From a virus: a stretch of 64,000 nucleotides of DNA. Below, piece by piece: positions 27,020-37,281 of this stretch. The position numbers and the translations under genes were made by a program. Each line of letters starts with the position of its first letter. The first letter of the stretch is position 1. A model generated the notes under the pieces. That model saw nothing but the letters and a program-made list of their open reading frames with translations. It searched no databases and had not been told where the DNA came from. Location of the stretch: the IMG/VR virus record IMGVR_UViG_3300044655_002046; one strand, written 5' to 3'.

Positions 27020-29980
27020 ATGCAAATCAACGTTATACACACAGATGGTACTCGTACCCCCTATGATGCCAATCGCGCTATCGAGGTAATCAACTGGGCC
27101 TGCGAGGGCCTCGAGGTAGATCCCGATAAGTTATCACGGCGACTCAATCGTCGCTTCGATACCGATACTACTACAGAGGCAATCCAGAATGGCCTGATTA
27201 GATCAGCGGCTGAACTAGCTGATTTACAATACCCTGATTGGCTGAAGGTCAGTGGTCGTCTTCGTATGTGGGATTGGCGGCGTAAGGTTAAGGCCCGCCG
27301 CGGCTACCTCTATGGTAATTATCCAGCGGCCTTCGAGTATCTGAGGTCTGAGGGTCTCTATGAGGGGAATCTAATAGAGAAGTTCCTAGACACGTATAGT
27401 GCTGATGACATCGCTGAAGCCGGCACTTGGATAGATCCAGAGCGTGATATGCGCTTTGATATAAGCGGCGCCGATCTTCTCGTCTCGCGTTATCTCCTAG
27501 AGAGCGAGCTATTACAGGAGATGTGGCTAACACAGGCATTACTCCTCAGCATGTTGGAGCCCGCTCATGAGCGCATGGCCTTTGCTCATAAGACCTATGA
27601 CCTGCTCAGCCTCGGTAAGATTAGCCTGGCTACTCCTCTTATGAGTAACCTGCGTCAGGCTGATGGTAGCCTCAGTAGCTGTCACATAATCGATATCGAT
27701 GATAGTCGCGAGAGTATCTTCGATAATATCAAGCAGCTAGCAGCCATGAGTGCTAATGGCGGTGGGGTGGGCATACGTATTAGTAAGGTGCGGGCCCGTG
27801 GTAGTCGCATTCGTAAGAAGAAGGGGGCCAGTGGTGGTGTATGCCCTTGGATTAAGATTATCAATGCTACCATCGTCGCTACTAACCAACGTGGTGTACG
27901 CGCAGGGGCCTGTACCGTAGGTATAGACGTGTGGCATGCTGATCTCCTTGAGTACATGGAGCTGCGGGGTGATGCTGGCAGTGAGCATGTGAAGGCCCGT
28001 GATATCTTGTTGCAATTCATCATCTCTGATGAGTTCATGCGTCGTGTAATTCTAGATAAGGACTGGTACCTAGTGTGCCCTACTGAAATCAAGAATGTAT
28101 TTGGATATCAATTAGCCGATATGTACGGCGATGAATTTACCGATGCTTATCACGCCATCGAGGCCTATATTAACTCTTCTGCCCCTCCGCTCGACGTAGT
28201 TAAGAAGGTCAGCGCTAAGGCTATATGGAAGAAGATGCTGATGCTCTTACTCGAGACAGGTACTCCTTACGTGGCTTTTAAAGACCGCATTAATGCGTTT
28301 AACCCGAATAAGCACGAGGGCATCATCGGTGGAGTAAATCTATGCGTAGCTCCTGAGACACTTCTTATGACTGACCAGGGCCACCTACCTATCGCTACCC
28401 TAGCGGGGCAGGTAGTCAACGCTTGGAACGGCAGTGGGTGGAGTGAGGTAACGGTACGCCAGACAGGGGAGAATCAACCTCTCCTACGAGTCCACTTCAG
28501 TAATGGAGAGACGCTCGATTGTACCTACTATCATAAATTCCACGTACAGCGTGGCATTTGTAGGAGAGAGATTATTGAGGCCCGCGATCTCGAGATAGGT
28601 GATAAGCTTATTAATTTCGATTTGCCAGTTCTATCCTTTGATAACGATGTTGACCTCCTTAAGTTAACTGCTCCTGTTAATGGTTATACTGTTCAGTCTC
28701 GATTAGAGTGGTTGGCTAGGCTGCTTGATTCTAATGGTACTGTGGTTTCTAATAGTTTCCAAATAACGTCTACCAATAAGCCCTTCTTATTACAAGTGCG
28801 GCTCATGCTACAGACGCTTGGAGTAGACTCTGAAGTTACAGCATTATCACCCCGCCAATACCGCTTATTAATTGATAAGAACGGAGTATATCAATTATCT
28901 GAGCTGGGCCTACGAACTAATCGCCTTCAGTGGGTAGCTATTAAACCTAAGTATGACAATACTAATGACATCACTATTGAGAAGGTAGAGCTCACTGGTC
29001 GTCGTGATAATACGTATTGCGCTCACGAACCTAAGCGTAACCTGCTCATGTTCAATGGCGTTATTACAGGGAATTGCGTCGAGTCATATAGTTTATTCAA
29101 TAGCAGCTACTCACACTGCTGTATACTTCTATCATTAGTGTTACCTCGTATTGCTGATGATGAGATGGCTGATGTCAGCCGTATAGCTGTGCGTCTATTA
29201 GATGCCGCGTGTGATCTTACTACTAGCCCCACTCCTGAGGCCCGCGCTCATGTGAACCGCTATCGTACCATAGGCGTAGGTGTCATGGGACTGGCTGACT
29301 GGTTAGCCATTAGGCACCTTAAGTATCAGGACCTCAGTGTCATAGAAAAACTATTCGAAGACATCTGCTTCTATACTACTCAGGCCAGTGTAGAACTAGC
29401 AGAGGAGCGGGGGGCCTATCCTGCATTCCCTGGTAGTGAGTGGAGTAAGGGCCTTATCCTGGGCGGTCGTGATAAGGAGTGGGTCAGCAATAATAGCACC
29501 GACCCCGAGAGATGGTATGCCCTCATGGAGCGTATAATCGTATCGGGTATTCGTAATTCTCACATCCTGGCTACTGCTCCCAATTCCAGCACCTCGCTGG
29601 TACAGGGCACCACGGCCTCCTTCTTACCTGTCTTCTCTCGTCTTACCATTGATAAGAATGGGGCGGGTATTAATACCATCGTCCCTCTCTATATTAAGGA
29701 GGCATTTCACTTTTATCAAGAGAGCCGCCATACTCATCCCAGTGTCGTAGTCTCTGCTGCAGCAGTTATTCAGAAATGGATAGATACTGGTCTCAGCACT
29801 GAGTTGTTATTCAACTTTAATGAACATGCCTATGGTCTCGACTACGTAACCACTGCTAAGGATCTAAATGATGTCTATCTGCAGGCGTGGCGTGAGGGCC
29901 TCAAGACATTATATTACGTGCGGAGTATATGGCAGGATAAGGTAACTGAGAAGAATGAGTGCCAATCCTGCGCTAGTTAA
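27020..29980 (+). CDS. nrdA: class Ia ribonucleotide reductase alpha subunit (ATP cone, intein-containing)
   Basis: LATPLMSN, LSSC, GGGVG, QRGVRAGA, NL/C, TIGVGVMGL, ATAPNSSTS, GLKTLYY. Confidence 0.97.
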   Translation: MQINVIHTDGTRTPYDANRAIEVINWACEGLEVDPDKLSRRLNRRFDTDTTTEAIQNGLIRSAAELADLQYPDWLKVSGRLRMWDWRRKVKARRGYLYGNYPAAFEYLRSEGLYEGNLIEKFLDTYSADDIAEAGTWIDPERDMRFDISGADLLVSRYLLESELLQEMWLTQALLLSMLEPAHERMAFAHKTYDLLSLGKISLATPLMSNLRQADGSLSSCHIIDIDDSRESIFDNIKQLAAMSANGGGVGIRISKVRARGSRIRKKKGASGGVCPWIKIINATIVATNQRGVRAGACTVGIDVWHADLLEYMELRGDAGSEHVKARDILLQFIISDEFMRRVILDKDWYLVCPTEIKNVFGYQLADMYGDEFTDAYHAIEAYINSSAPPLDVVKKVSAKAIWKKMLMLLLETGTPYVAFKDRINAFNPNKHEGIIGGVNLCVAPETLLMTDQGHLPIATLAGQVVNAWNGSGWSEVTVRQTGENQPLLRVHFSNGETLDCTYYHKFHVQRGICRREIIEARDLEIGDKLINFDLPVLSFDNDVDLLKLTAPVNGYTVQSRLEWLARLLDSNGTVVSNSFQITSTNKPFLLQVRLMLQTLGVDSEVTALSPRQYRLLIDKNGVYQLSELGLRTNRLQWVAIKPKYDNTNDITIEKVELTGRRDNTYCAHEPKRNLLMFNGVITGNCVESYSLFNSSYSHCCILLSLVLPRIADDEMADVSRIAVRLLDAACDLTTSPTPEARAHVNRYRTIGVGVMGLADWLAIRHLKYQDLSVIEKLFEDICFYTTQASVELAEERGAYPAFPGSEWSKGLILGGRDKEWVSNNSTDPERWYALMERIIVSGIRNSHILATAPNSSTSLVQGTTASFLPVFSRLTIDKNGAGINTIVPLYIKEAFHFYQESRHTHPSVVVSAAAVIQKWIDTGLSTELLFNFNEHAYGLDYVTTAKDLNDVYLQAWREGLKTLYYVRSIWQDKVTEKNECQSCAS
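28343..29074 (+). mobile_element. intein in nrdA (244 aa) with reduced LAGLIDADG remnant
   Basis: GGVNL|CVAPET ... YCAHEP..LMFNGVITGN|CVE; only one LAGLIDADG-like block (WLARLLDSNG). Confidence 0.92.
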
Positions 29981-29996
29981 ACTAGGAGAAGTACCA

Positions 29997-30203
29997 ATGG
30001 ATACAAAGAATACAAATTCACTAACACTTGAGCAAGAATTACGGCTGCGCGCTACGTCAGATACTATTGATAAGATGACGTTAGAGCAGGCTCGTGATAC
30101 GCTCAAGGATATGGTAAGGCAAGCAATGATTAAAGATAATCTATTCGCGGCTATCATCAAGAAGAATTGGGGTCTAGAGTTAGCGGCCCCGCCTAATCAC
30201 TAA
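29997..30203 (+). CDS. nblA: phycobilisome degradation protein NblA
   Basis: LTLEQELRLR...KMTLEQARDTL...QAMIKDNLFAAIIKKNWGL; AGGAG RBS. Confidence 0.88.
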   Translation: MDTKNTNSLTLEQELRLRATSDTIDKMTLEQARDTLKDMVRQAMIKDNLFAAIIKKNWGLELAAPPNH

Positions 30204-30212
30204 CACCTACTT

Positions 30213-30238
30213 GGGGTGGTCAGAGCCGCCCCTTTTTT
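30213..30238 (+). terminator. intrinsic terminator
   Basis: GGGGTGGT-caga-GCCGCCCC followed by TTTTTT. Confidence 0.8.
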
Positions 30239-30256
30239 GTCACTATCTGGAGATAT

Positions 30257-30826
30257 ATGGATAATCAACTCGTACGTAACGTTTTTAATATGGTCGCCGG
30301 CGAGGTAGTCACTACTGATGTCGCTATCAGCCTACTCGGTGCAAAGGACAATTGTTATGTCACTGCTCTCATTAACTCAGTAGCAGCCGGGAATAAGACA
30401 CCTGAACAGGCTACTATAGCCTTCTATGACAGACTAGAGCGTAAGACTCTATTAGATATTGTACATGGTACTCGTCGTAATGTGCCCGCCCAGTTATCTC
30501 TACTGCGCGCTATTCTACTAACTATCGAATTACCGGAGCCCCCCGAATTCGAGTTTAATATCCTTAGTCGAGATGACTTTCAGGCTCTCCGTACTCTAGT
30601 TTATAAGGCCCTCCCTCGTACAGTAGGTGACCCGGATGGACAGAAGGCCTATGCTAAGTTTACTAAGTCAATGGGTCTTGCTACTACTTGGGTACTCGAG
30701 TTACCTGATTATGACGATGAGGAGGAGGAAGAGGAGCTCGATGATGAGCTTCAAGAACTAGCCGCCGAGTTCGTGGAGGAGTTGGGCTTAATCACGAATG
30801 TAGAATCTAAGGCATCCCAAGACTAA
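30257..30826 (+). CDS. hypothetical protein with acidic tail
   Basis: 189-aa ORF, GGAG RBS. Confidence 0.65.
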   Translation: MDNQLVRNVFNMVAGEVVTTDVAISLLGAKDNCYVTALINSVAAGNKTPEQATIAFYDRLERKTLLDIVHGTRRNVPAQLSLLRAILLTIELPEPPEFEFNILSRDDFQALRTLVYKALPRTVGDPDGQKAYAKFTKSMGLATTWVLELPDYDDEEEEEELDDELQELAAEFVEELGLITNVESKASQD

Positions 30827-31620
30827 TGCACGCTTATATTGATGAGATACGCGCCCTCCGCCCTCTCGGCAATACAATAGAGCTGGCTATAATCAAGCAT
30901 CGCCAGGTGATAGTACAACGCGGACTGTTCGCAGTCGGTAGTCTATGTATCTATGTGGCCCCTGGCTCTATTCTACGGAATGGGCTAGGGCCCTATAAGC
31001 CCGGCTATAGAGTTAAGGTACGTAGTTACAATGGCTATACTAGCCAGGGGTTAATATTACAAACCCCTCTTAATTTTATTAATTATCAATTAGGACGTGA
31101 TGTCAGTCAGGAACTAGCTATTGATTATCCTACTACGACTCTGCCTGCTATTATACCTGCCCCGCGCCTTACCGAGTGTAGTGATTATAGTAAAGCGCGG
31201 GCTCTGGGTATGTATAGTTGGTATGAGTTACCCCCCGGTCAAGACTGCGCTCTATACGTCATAGGTGGTGTATTCGGTTCTGGCCCCATAAGTGTTGATT
31301 ACGATACCACGACTATATCAGCGTGTATGCGCGCATGGGGCGGAGATCTACTAGTGTGGGGTAGATACAATAGTAGATTCCTGATATATGATCTATACTT
31401 TATAGATCAGCAACGCTATGCCACTCTAGAAGAAATAGAAGACTTCCTACTAGAAGTACCCCTCCAAAGTTTATTAATTGAGAGACATGCCCCGTTACCC
31501 CTAGCTGCTGATACTCTCCATCTATTGTGTGCTACTGTCGATACTATCGTACCTAGTAGTCACATATTGTTGAAAGCAGAGGGGCCCGAGCCATATCAAT
31601 TCGTGGTTAAGCCGTGTTAA
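30826..31620 (+). CDS. RNA-ligase (DRB0094-type) N-terminal-like protein, catalytic motif not evident
   Basis: IDEIRALRPLGNTIELAII...VIVQRGLFAVGSLCIYVAPGSIL; no KxDG visible. Confidence 0.4.
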   Translation: MHAYIDEIRALRPLGNTIELAIIKHRQVIVQRGLFAVGSLCIYVAPGSILRNGLGPYKPGYRVKVRSYNGYTSQGLILQTPLNFINYQLGRDVSQELAIDYPTTTLPAIIPAPRLTECSDYSKARALGMYSWYELPPGQDCALYVIGGVFGSGPISVDYDTTTISACMRAWGGDLLVWGRYNSRFLIYDLYFIDQQRYATLEEIEDFLLEVPLQSLLIERHAPLPLAADTLHLLCATVDTIVPSSHILLKAEGPEPYQFVVKPC

Positions 31621-31624
31621 ATTA

Positions 31625-32671
31625 ATGCAAGTACATATCCCCCCTATCTTTAATCCCAATGGTGACGATAGCCCCCAGAAGCGTAGACTATTTGGTGGTA
31701 ACCCTACTAATATCATTAATCTAAAGGATGTCAAATACAAATGGGCCAGTCGTCTCTTTACAGAGATGAGAGCCAATATATGGATTCCTCAAGCTACTGA
31801 TCTCACGCCTGATATTAATAACTATGTCACGATGCCCTCCGGTATGAGGCGGGCCTTCGATGGTATGTTATCCTATCTCACTTTCCTAGATAGTCTACAG
31901 ACTCGCGTGTTACCAGTACTTATGCCTGTCATTACTGCACCTGAGGTTAGTATATGCATGGGCGAGCAGTTATCGCAAGAGCAGGTGCATTCTCAGTCAT
32001 ACGCGTATATTATCGAGACTGTAATCCCCACAGATAAGCGGGATTATATCTACGAGTTATGGCGAGAAGATCCTGTGTTACTGCGGCGCTGCGAGTATAT
32101 CCAGAGTCTATATGATAGGTATATTCATGACATGACTATGGAGAATTATACTATCAGTATGGTAGGTGACTTCTTACTTGAGGGCATATACTTCTTCCCT
32201 GGCTTCCGCTTATTCTACGCTATAGCTAATGAGCGTTATATGTCTGCTACGGCTGATATCATTAAGCTCATCGAGCGTGATGAGCAGACTCACCTTAAAT
32301 TAATCTCTAATATAATTCGTACCGGCCTAGCTGAGGGTACACTTATGTGGAATGAGGATGAGATTATGGATCTATTCCGTAAGGCCGCCGAGTATGAGAT
32401 CGAATGGGGCCTCCATATCGGACTTGATGTGAATGGTATTAGTGCTGCTACTATCGAACAGTACGCTAAGTATCTATGTAATATTAGAGCCCGCGCAATA
32501 GGCCTACCCATTGTATTCGAGGGGCGCCAGTATAATCGCAATCCCTATGCCCACCTCGATAGATTCGCTGCTACTACTGGTGAAGACTCTATCACTCGAG
32601 ATAACTTCTTCGAGAGTAGTGTTATGTATCGTAACCCCGCTAAGGTAGTAGACGGCTGGGATTCCATCTAA
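31625..32671 (+). CDS. nrdB: ribonucleotide reductase beta subunit
   Basis: LTFLDSLQ, EQVHSQSY, LEGIYFF, IERDEQTH. Confidence 0.95.
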   Translation: MQVHIPPIFNPNGDDSPQKRRLFGGNPTNIINLKDVKYKWASRLFTEMRANIWIPQATDLTPDINNYVTMPSGMRRAFDGMLSYLTFLDSLQTRVLPVLMPVITAPEVSICMGEQLSQEQVHSQSYAYIIETVIPTDKRDYIYELWREDPVLLRRCEYIQSLYDRYIHDMTMENYTISMVGDFLLEGIYFFPGFRLFYAIANERYMSATADIIKLIERDEQTHLKLISNIIRTGLAEGTLMWNEDEIMDLFRKAAEYEIEWGLHIGLDVNGISAATIEQYAKYLCNIRARAIGLPIVFEGRQYNRNPYAHLDRFAATTGEDSITRDNFFESSVMYRNPAKVVDGWDSI

Positions 32672-32720
32672 GCAACATTTGATTAATTACACCGCCCCTC
32701 TAATGGAGGGGCTTTATTGT

Positions 32721-35102
32721 ATGGAATTATGTAAGGATCTAGACATTGTTAACACTAATGTGAGTCTAGTTAATTATCAGCTTCCTACCGATGAGGTAGG
32801 CGTGCGCCTCCTAATGGAGGTATTGACCTCCCGTATGTACACTAATAAGCTAGCGGCTGTCATACGTGAGATATTCACTAATGCCGTTGATGCTAATGTC
32901 GAAGCGGGGCGAGGCGACCACCCCGTTGATATTACATTACCAGCTATAATTCCCCTAGAGGCGCAGTCTAACCAGCTCGTTATTCGTGATTACGGCATCG
33001 GTATTAGTCCTGAACGTGCGCAGGGCTTCTTCACATTCATGACTAGCACTAAGCGGGGCGATAATATTCAGTGCGGTGGATTCGGCCTGGGTAGTAAGAG
33101 CCCCTATGCTATCACTAATCAATTTACAGTCACGACTATCCACGATGGTATAGAGTATATCTATGCCTGCTCTCTCGATAACGGCATGCCTACTGCTGCT
33201 CTACTGAGTAGCCGCCCCTCCAATGCCAGCAGCGGCACGCGTGTGACTATTCCTATCGTAGAACATCATCACCGTCGTCAATGTTATAATGAGGTTATGA
33301 ATATAGTAATGTGGTCCCGCGCCGTTACTAATATCTATAATCCTGAGGATACGGGAGGGGAACCTACTCGTCGCCTATTGGATTATCGTAATGATTACGA
33401 CTACGAATATGGCGCTCCCGGCCCTTTTATTAGTAAGTCCTTTTCTAAACGTAAATACACACTGCTCTGCTTTACTATAGGCGGTATACCTTACACTATT
33501 TCAGATATTAAGGTATTTGAAACTATTACTACCTATCTAAAAGAACAGGGGTACTCCATAGGAAATATCTACAATATAGATCCTAATTGGGAGCAGGCAC
33601 GTCATGTTGATGGTTCTATCATTATTCCAGTACCCATAGGTTATCTAGAGCTGCCCCCACAACGCGAGACCCTCGCGTGGTCAGAGTCTAATATTGAGAA
33701 GCTGAAGGAGTTATCTCTTAATGCCATTAAAGGTCTGGTTGATAGAAGGCAGGTGGAATTAGACGCCTGCGATTCGTTAGAGGAAGTATCTAAGGTTATA
33801 TACAAATGGCATCTGGGTGATAAGTACTTTACATGGAGAGGTACACGCTACTATAATGTTAAAATTAACGTTATGGATGAACCGGCAGGGCCAGTTGATA
33901 ATAATATACTACCTATTAACCTTATAGTAAAGAGTAGTAGAAATCTGCGGTTAATAGGTTGTTCTGATGACATGAACACAGAGAAATGGTATAGTATCTA
34001 TCGTGTGCTCCGTAATATTAATATACGCCGTCGTAATTCGCGAGTGCCAAGTAGCCTAAATGCTAATACTTGTGTTGTCTGTAATATAGCTGATGTTGTA
34101 GAAAGTTATGCGTATACCATTACTCTGAAAGACATACAGAAGGTAGCACTAGTTGTAACTCACGGGCGTTATAATGCTAAAAGTGTTCGTGTTGCTAGTA
34201 ATATACCAAATTATACGCCTATCTTATGGATAGACGTAACCGAGTGTGAGGATTGGGCTGGTATATTATCTAATACAGACTTAGAAGAGCGGGCCCGCAC
34301 CACGTGGCCATATATACGCTTTTTCCAAAGTGTAACAGCCCTAGTTAAACCTATTAAACCTCCAAGGCTAAAAGAGCCAGAACAGAATAAAAAGGAGCAA
34401 GGGACCGATTCTTTACGGGTAAGCGGCCTTCGCGGTATTCGCATAATTAATAAATCGTATACCTCTCGTTATGGTAATATACACGATCACTTGTCTGTAG
34501 TCGACTATCATGATCTACCGACTAAGGCAGTGTATTGTGTTAGCCAAGATCATTGTGGTGTATCTCCTTACTGGGATTATGCCGATGATGGCAGTAATCT
34601 ATATTATCTGACACCCAGACAGGCTGAGATTATTGCCGTTCATTATCCCGAGTGGTGTGATATACACACGTGGGCTAGAGATAAACACGATGAACTGGCT
34701 GCGAAATACGGGGCTGATAACCTGTATCTAGCTCGTACTACTAACTGGCCACTATCTGATGTCCAGACATTTATAAGAACCTATCCTTATCCTGAACACT
34801 TTAATAAGAATGTACAGGCTCTAATAAATGATGGTTACTGGACGTTTATGCATGAATTAATAGGCTATGGTATATTACCCGCAGATAGTGATGCAACAAA
34901 TAGACTTTATGAATTTGCTCGCAGTAATAGTTGTATAGTATGGCTTAAATACCTACTAGGTGATTATTACGATGCCTGTGCATTCCTAGAGTATGCTAGA
35001 AGCCAAGTAGTAAACACTATAATGCCCTTAATTAGTGCTTACTACAAGGTGCAGGGCAATAGCTTGGGAGGGCCTAGTCCGTTGGACCAAGTTGTTGTCT
35101 AA
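32721..35102 (+). CDS. rIIA: rIIA-like protein (N-terminal GHKL/Hsp90-type ATPase)
   Basis: AVIREIFTNAVDA, IRDYGIGI, STKR, GGFGLGSKSP, GTRVTIP; followed by an rIIB-like gene. Confidence 0.8.
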   Translation: MELCKDLDIVNTNVSLVNYQLPTDEVGVRLLMEVLTSRMYTNKLAAVIREIFTNAVDANVEAGRGDHPVDITLPAIIPLEAQSNQLVIRDYGIGISPERAQGFFTFMTSTKRGDNIQCGGFGLGSKSPYAITNQFTVTTIHDGIEYIYACSLDNGMPTAALLSSRPSNASSGTRVTIPIVEHHHRRQCYNEVMNIVMWSRAVTNIYNPEDTGGEPTRRLLDYRNDYDYEYGAPGPFISKSFSKRKYTLLCFTIGGIPYTISDIKVFETITTYLKEQGYSIGNIYNIDPNWEQARHVDGSIIIPVPIGYLELPPQRETLAWSESNIEKLKELSLNAIKGLVDRRQVELDACDSLEEVSKVIYKWHLGDKYFTWRGTRYYNVKINVMDEPAGPVDNNILPINLIVKSSRNLRLIGCSDDMNTEKWYSIYRVLRNINIRRRNSRVPSSLNANTCVVCNIADVVESYAYTITLKDIQKVALVVTHGRYNAKSVRVASNIPNYTPILWIDVTECEDWAGILSNTDLEERARTTWPYIRFFQSVTALVKPIKPPRLKEPEQNKKEQGTDSLRVSGLRGIRIINKSYTSRYGNIHDHLSVVDYHDLPTKAVYCVSQDHCGVSPYWDYADDGSNLYYLTPRQAEIIAVHYPEWCDIHTWARDKHDELAAKYGADNLYLARTTNWPLSDVQTFIRTYPYPEHFNKNVQALINDGYWTFMHELIGYGILPADSDATNRLYEFARSNSCIVWLKYLLGDYYDACAFLEYARSQVVNTIMPLISAYYKVQGNSLGGPSPLDQVVV

Positions 35103-35130
35103 CTCAATATAAACTAAATGGAGATACCTA

Positions 35131-35946
35131 ATGTTTAATTATGTCCGGCTGAGTGATAGTCTAACCTTTTTCGATGGGTCTGATGTTGTTACTATCGACA
35201 AGCCTAACTATCCGACACTGTTTGATCAGCTATCTGACGCACTAGCGCGCAATACTGCCTTTGAATTTGATAGCCATCCACTAGAGAAAGCTACTGACCA
35301 TAGTGTTGTGTGGCAAGATAACGCGTATTACTTCAAGGGTATGCGCCTAACAGCAAGTATGAGTCAGCGCCTTAATCAACTTATTAGTCAAGGGTATGAC
35401 TATATTCCTATCCTCAACTTTCTAACTAAGCTGCAATCACTCAATCAGAAGATTGTCACAGATCTACAGCATCTAGTGGCTAGTAAGGAGGTAGCTCTTA
35501 CCTACGACGGTAATATCGTGCTTTATAAGCGCGCGTCCTGGAATAATAATGGCCAGTGGCATAGTGTAGTGACGCCTGGTACTGTGGTTACACAGAATGA
35601 CAAACCTCTGCGCCTAGGTAGTCTGGACTGGATTGTTACGCTGTGCCCAGATCAGGGCGTTATGTCTGATGTGGAAGTACAGCCTCAGCACGTACTGTCA
35701 ATTAACTGCGGTACTGTGGAGGTATCACAATATCGCTTCCTCAGTTATGTCGAAGAAGGCTACCGCGAAGTGGATAAGATCCATCTAGTCCATACCCTAA
35801 CTAACTCGCTGAACGATGAAATCCTAGTGCGCCTACCCTACACAGAGGATAACTTACAGCACTACCTGATGCAAATGATTCACAATCGTGTGTCCGTTGC
35901 AGAACCTGTAGTGCGTGAATTCCAAAGCGTAGGTGTGAGTTGTTAG
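35131..35946 (+). CDS. rIIB: rIIB-like protein
   Basis: PILNFLTKL...ALTYDGNIVLYK; position after rIIA. Confidence 0.65.
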   Translation: MFNYVRLSDSLTFFDGSDVVTIDKPNYPTLFDQLSDALARNTAFEFDSHPLEKATDHSVVWQDNAYYFKGMRLTASMSQRLNQLISQGYDYIPILNFLTKLQSLNQKIVTDLQHLVASKEVALTYDGNIVLYKRASWNNNGQWHSVVTPGTVVTQNDKPLRLGSLDWIVTLCPDQGVMSDVEVQPQHVLSINCGTVEVSQYRFLSYVEEGYREVDKIHLVHTLTNSLNDEILVRLPYTEDNLQHYLMQMIHNRVSVAEPVVREFQSVGVSC

Positions 35947-36003
35947 TCCCACACTTCGGAGCCTGTTGCATGACTTAATAATAGTTGTCTTGAAACCATT
36001 ATC

Positions 36004-36675
36004 ATGCGAAGAAACAACGCAGGCCCCATCTTCCGTACGCATACTTTCATTCGCCCAGCTACAGAAAACCAGCGCGCATTTGTTAAGAACATCAAGCGTA
36101 ATACAATAACCATAGCTAATGGAGTGCCAGGATGCGGTAAGACGCTACTTGCACTTCATACTGCTATTACTATGATTAATGCGCCTGAGAATGGGCTAGA
36201 GAGAATTATATACGTACGTCCTAATGTTGGTGTTAAGGATGAGCGTGATGTCGGTTATCTCAAGGGCTCTCTATTAGAGAAGATATGGCCCCTCGCAGCG
36301 CCTGTGCTAGATAATCTAATAACCTTCATGAGTGAGGGCGATGCTAAGGCCGTTATTGAGAATGAGCATATTATTCCTACAGTAGTTAGTCTTATTCGGG
36401 GCCGCTCCTTTCGGAACTCGCTAATCATAGTAGATGAGGCCCAGAACATATCTATCAATGGGCTCAAGGCAGTATTAACTCGTGTTGCTGAGAACAGTAA
36501 GATAATAGTAATAGGCGATCTAGGGCAGGCTGATTTAGGAGAGCTTAGCGCACCTAATGGTCTAGCTGATGCGTTATATAGATTCGTGGGTCTCGATGAC
36601 GTAAGTATAATACACTTTGAACCAGAGGATATTCAACGTCATAGTATTATCCAGCACGTCCTATCGCGTTATTAA
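36004..36675 (+). CDS. phoH: PhoH-family ATPase
   Basis: GVPGCGKT, GYLKGSLLEK, IRGRSF, IIVDEAQN, VIGDLGQAD. Confidence 0.95.
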   Translation: MRRNNAGPIFRTHTFIRPATENQRAFVKNIKRNTITIANGVPGCGKTLLALHTAITMINAPENGLERIIYVRPNVGVKDERDVGYLKGSLLEKIWPLAAPVLDNLITFMSEGDAKAVIENEHIIPTVVSLIRGRSFRNSLIIVDEAQNISINGLKAVLTRVAENSKIIVIGDLGQADLGELSAPNGLADALYRFVGLDDVSIIHFEPEDIQRHSIIQHVLSRY

Positions 36676-36677
36676 CT

Positions 36678-36887
36678 ATGCCTCGCACTTCTGATACTAC
36701 TCTTGCCTTCTACCTAGCATTATCTTGTGCTTCGTGTGCTCTATTTCTTGCTGTTTTTAGTACTCTTCGTCCGATTAATCCAGAGCAGGCACAGAGTATC
36801 GAAATAGCAATGAACATATTTCGTGATCTCGGCGTGGGCTCCATAGGGGCCTTCGGTATGGGTAAACATCGAGATAGTTTAAACTAG
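36678..36887 (+). CDS. small membrane protein
   Basis: Two hydrophobic segments. Confidence 0.5.
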   Translation: MPRTSDTTLAFYLALSCASCALFLAVFSTLRPINPEQAQSIEIAMNIFRDLGVGSIGAFGMGKHRDSLN

Positions 36888-36915
36888 ATATAATCCTTAT
36901 TCTTGCTTGTTACTT

Positions 36916-36939
36916 GACCTGTCCTAGACAGGTCTTTTT
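36916..36939 (+). terminator. intrinsic terminator
   Basis: GACCTGTC-cta-GACAGGTC followed by TTTTT. Confidence 0.75.
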
Positions 36940-36942
36940 GTT

Positions 36943-37281
36943 GTCACTAACCCCGCCCTAAGACGACAGGAGTAAATGTCACTAACCCTGCTCTATATCT
37001 GGAAGTTACGGGTCACTAACCCCGCCCTAAAGAGATAGGGCTTGCCTAATCTCCGACACACCTATCGTCGGTAATGGTCACTAACCCTACCCTAAAAGCG
37101 ACGGGGCTTGCCTAATCTTCGACACACTTATGGCTACCGGTCACTAACCCCGCCCTAAAAAGATTGGGGTTAATGTCACTAACCCTACCCTATATCTGGA
37201 GTGTCACTAACCCTACCCTATATCTGGAAGTTACGGGTCACTAACCCTACTCTATGGGTAGGTTTCATTAGCCCTACCCTA
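36943..37281 (+). repeat. CRISPR-like array of omegaRNA 5'-end copies
   Basis: GTCACTAACCCYRCYCTA at 36943, 36978, 37012, 37077, 37140, 37175, 37203, 37237; a degenerate 9th copy at 37264 continues as the full scaffold. Confidence 0.9.

Noticed and set aside
27288-28092. Minus-strand ORFs within nrdA, and similar shadows in the tail fibre, clamp, UDG, phoH and helicase genes
   Set aside because: Opposite well-supported conserved genes, with no motifs.
36943-37281. Canonical CRISPR array call
   Set aside because: The repeat equals the omegaRNA/IS left end, spacer lengths are irregular and partly duplicated, and no cas genes are present.
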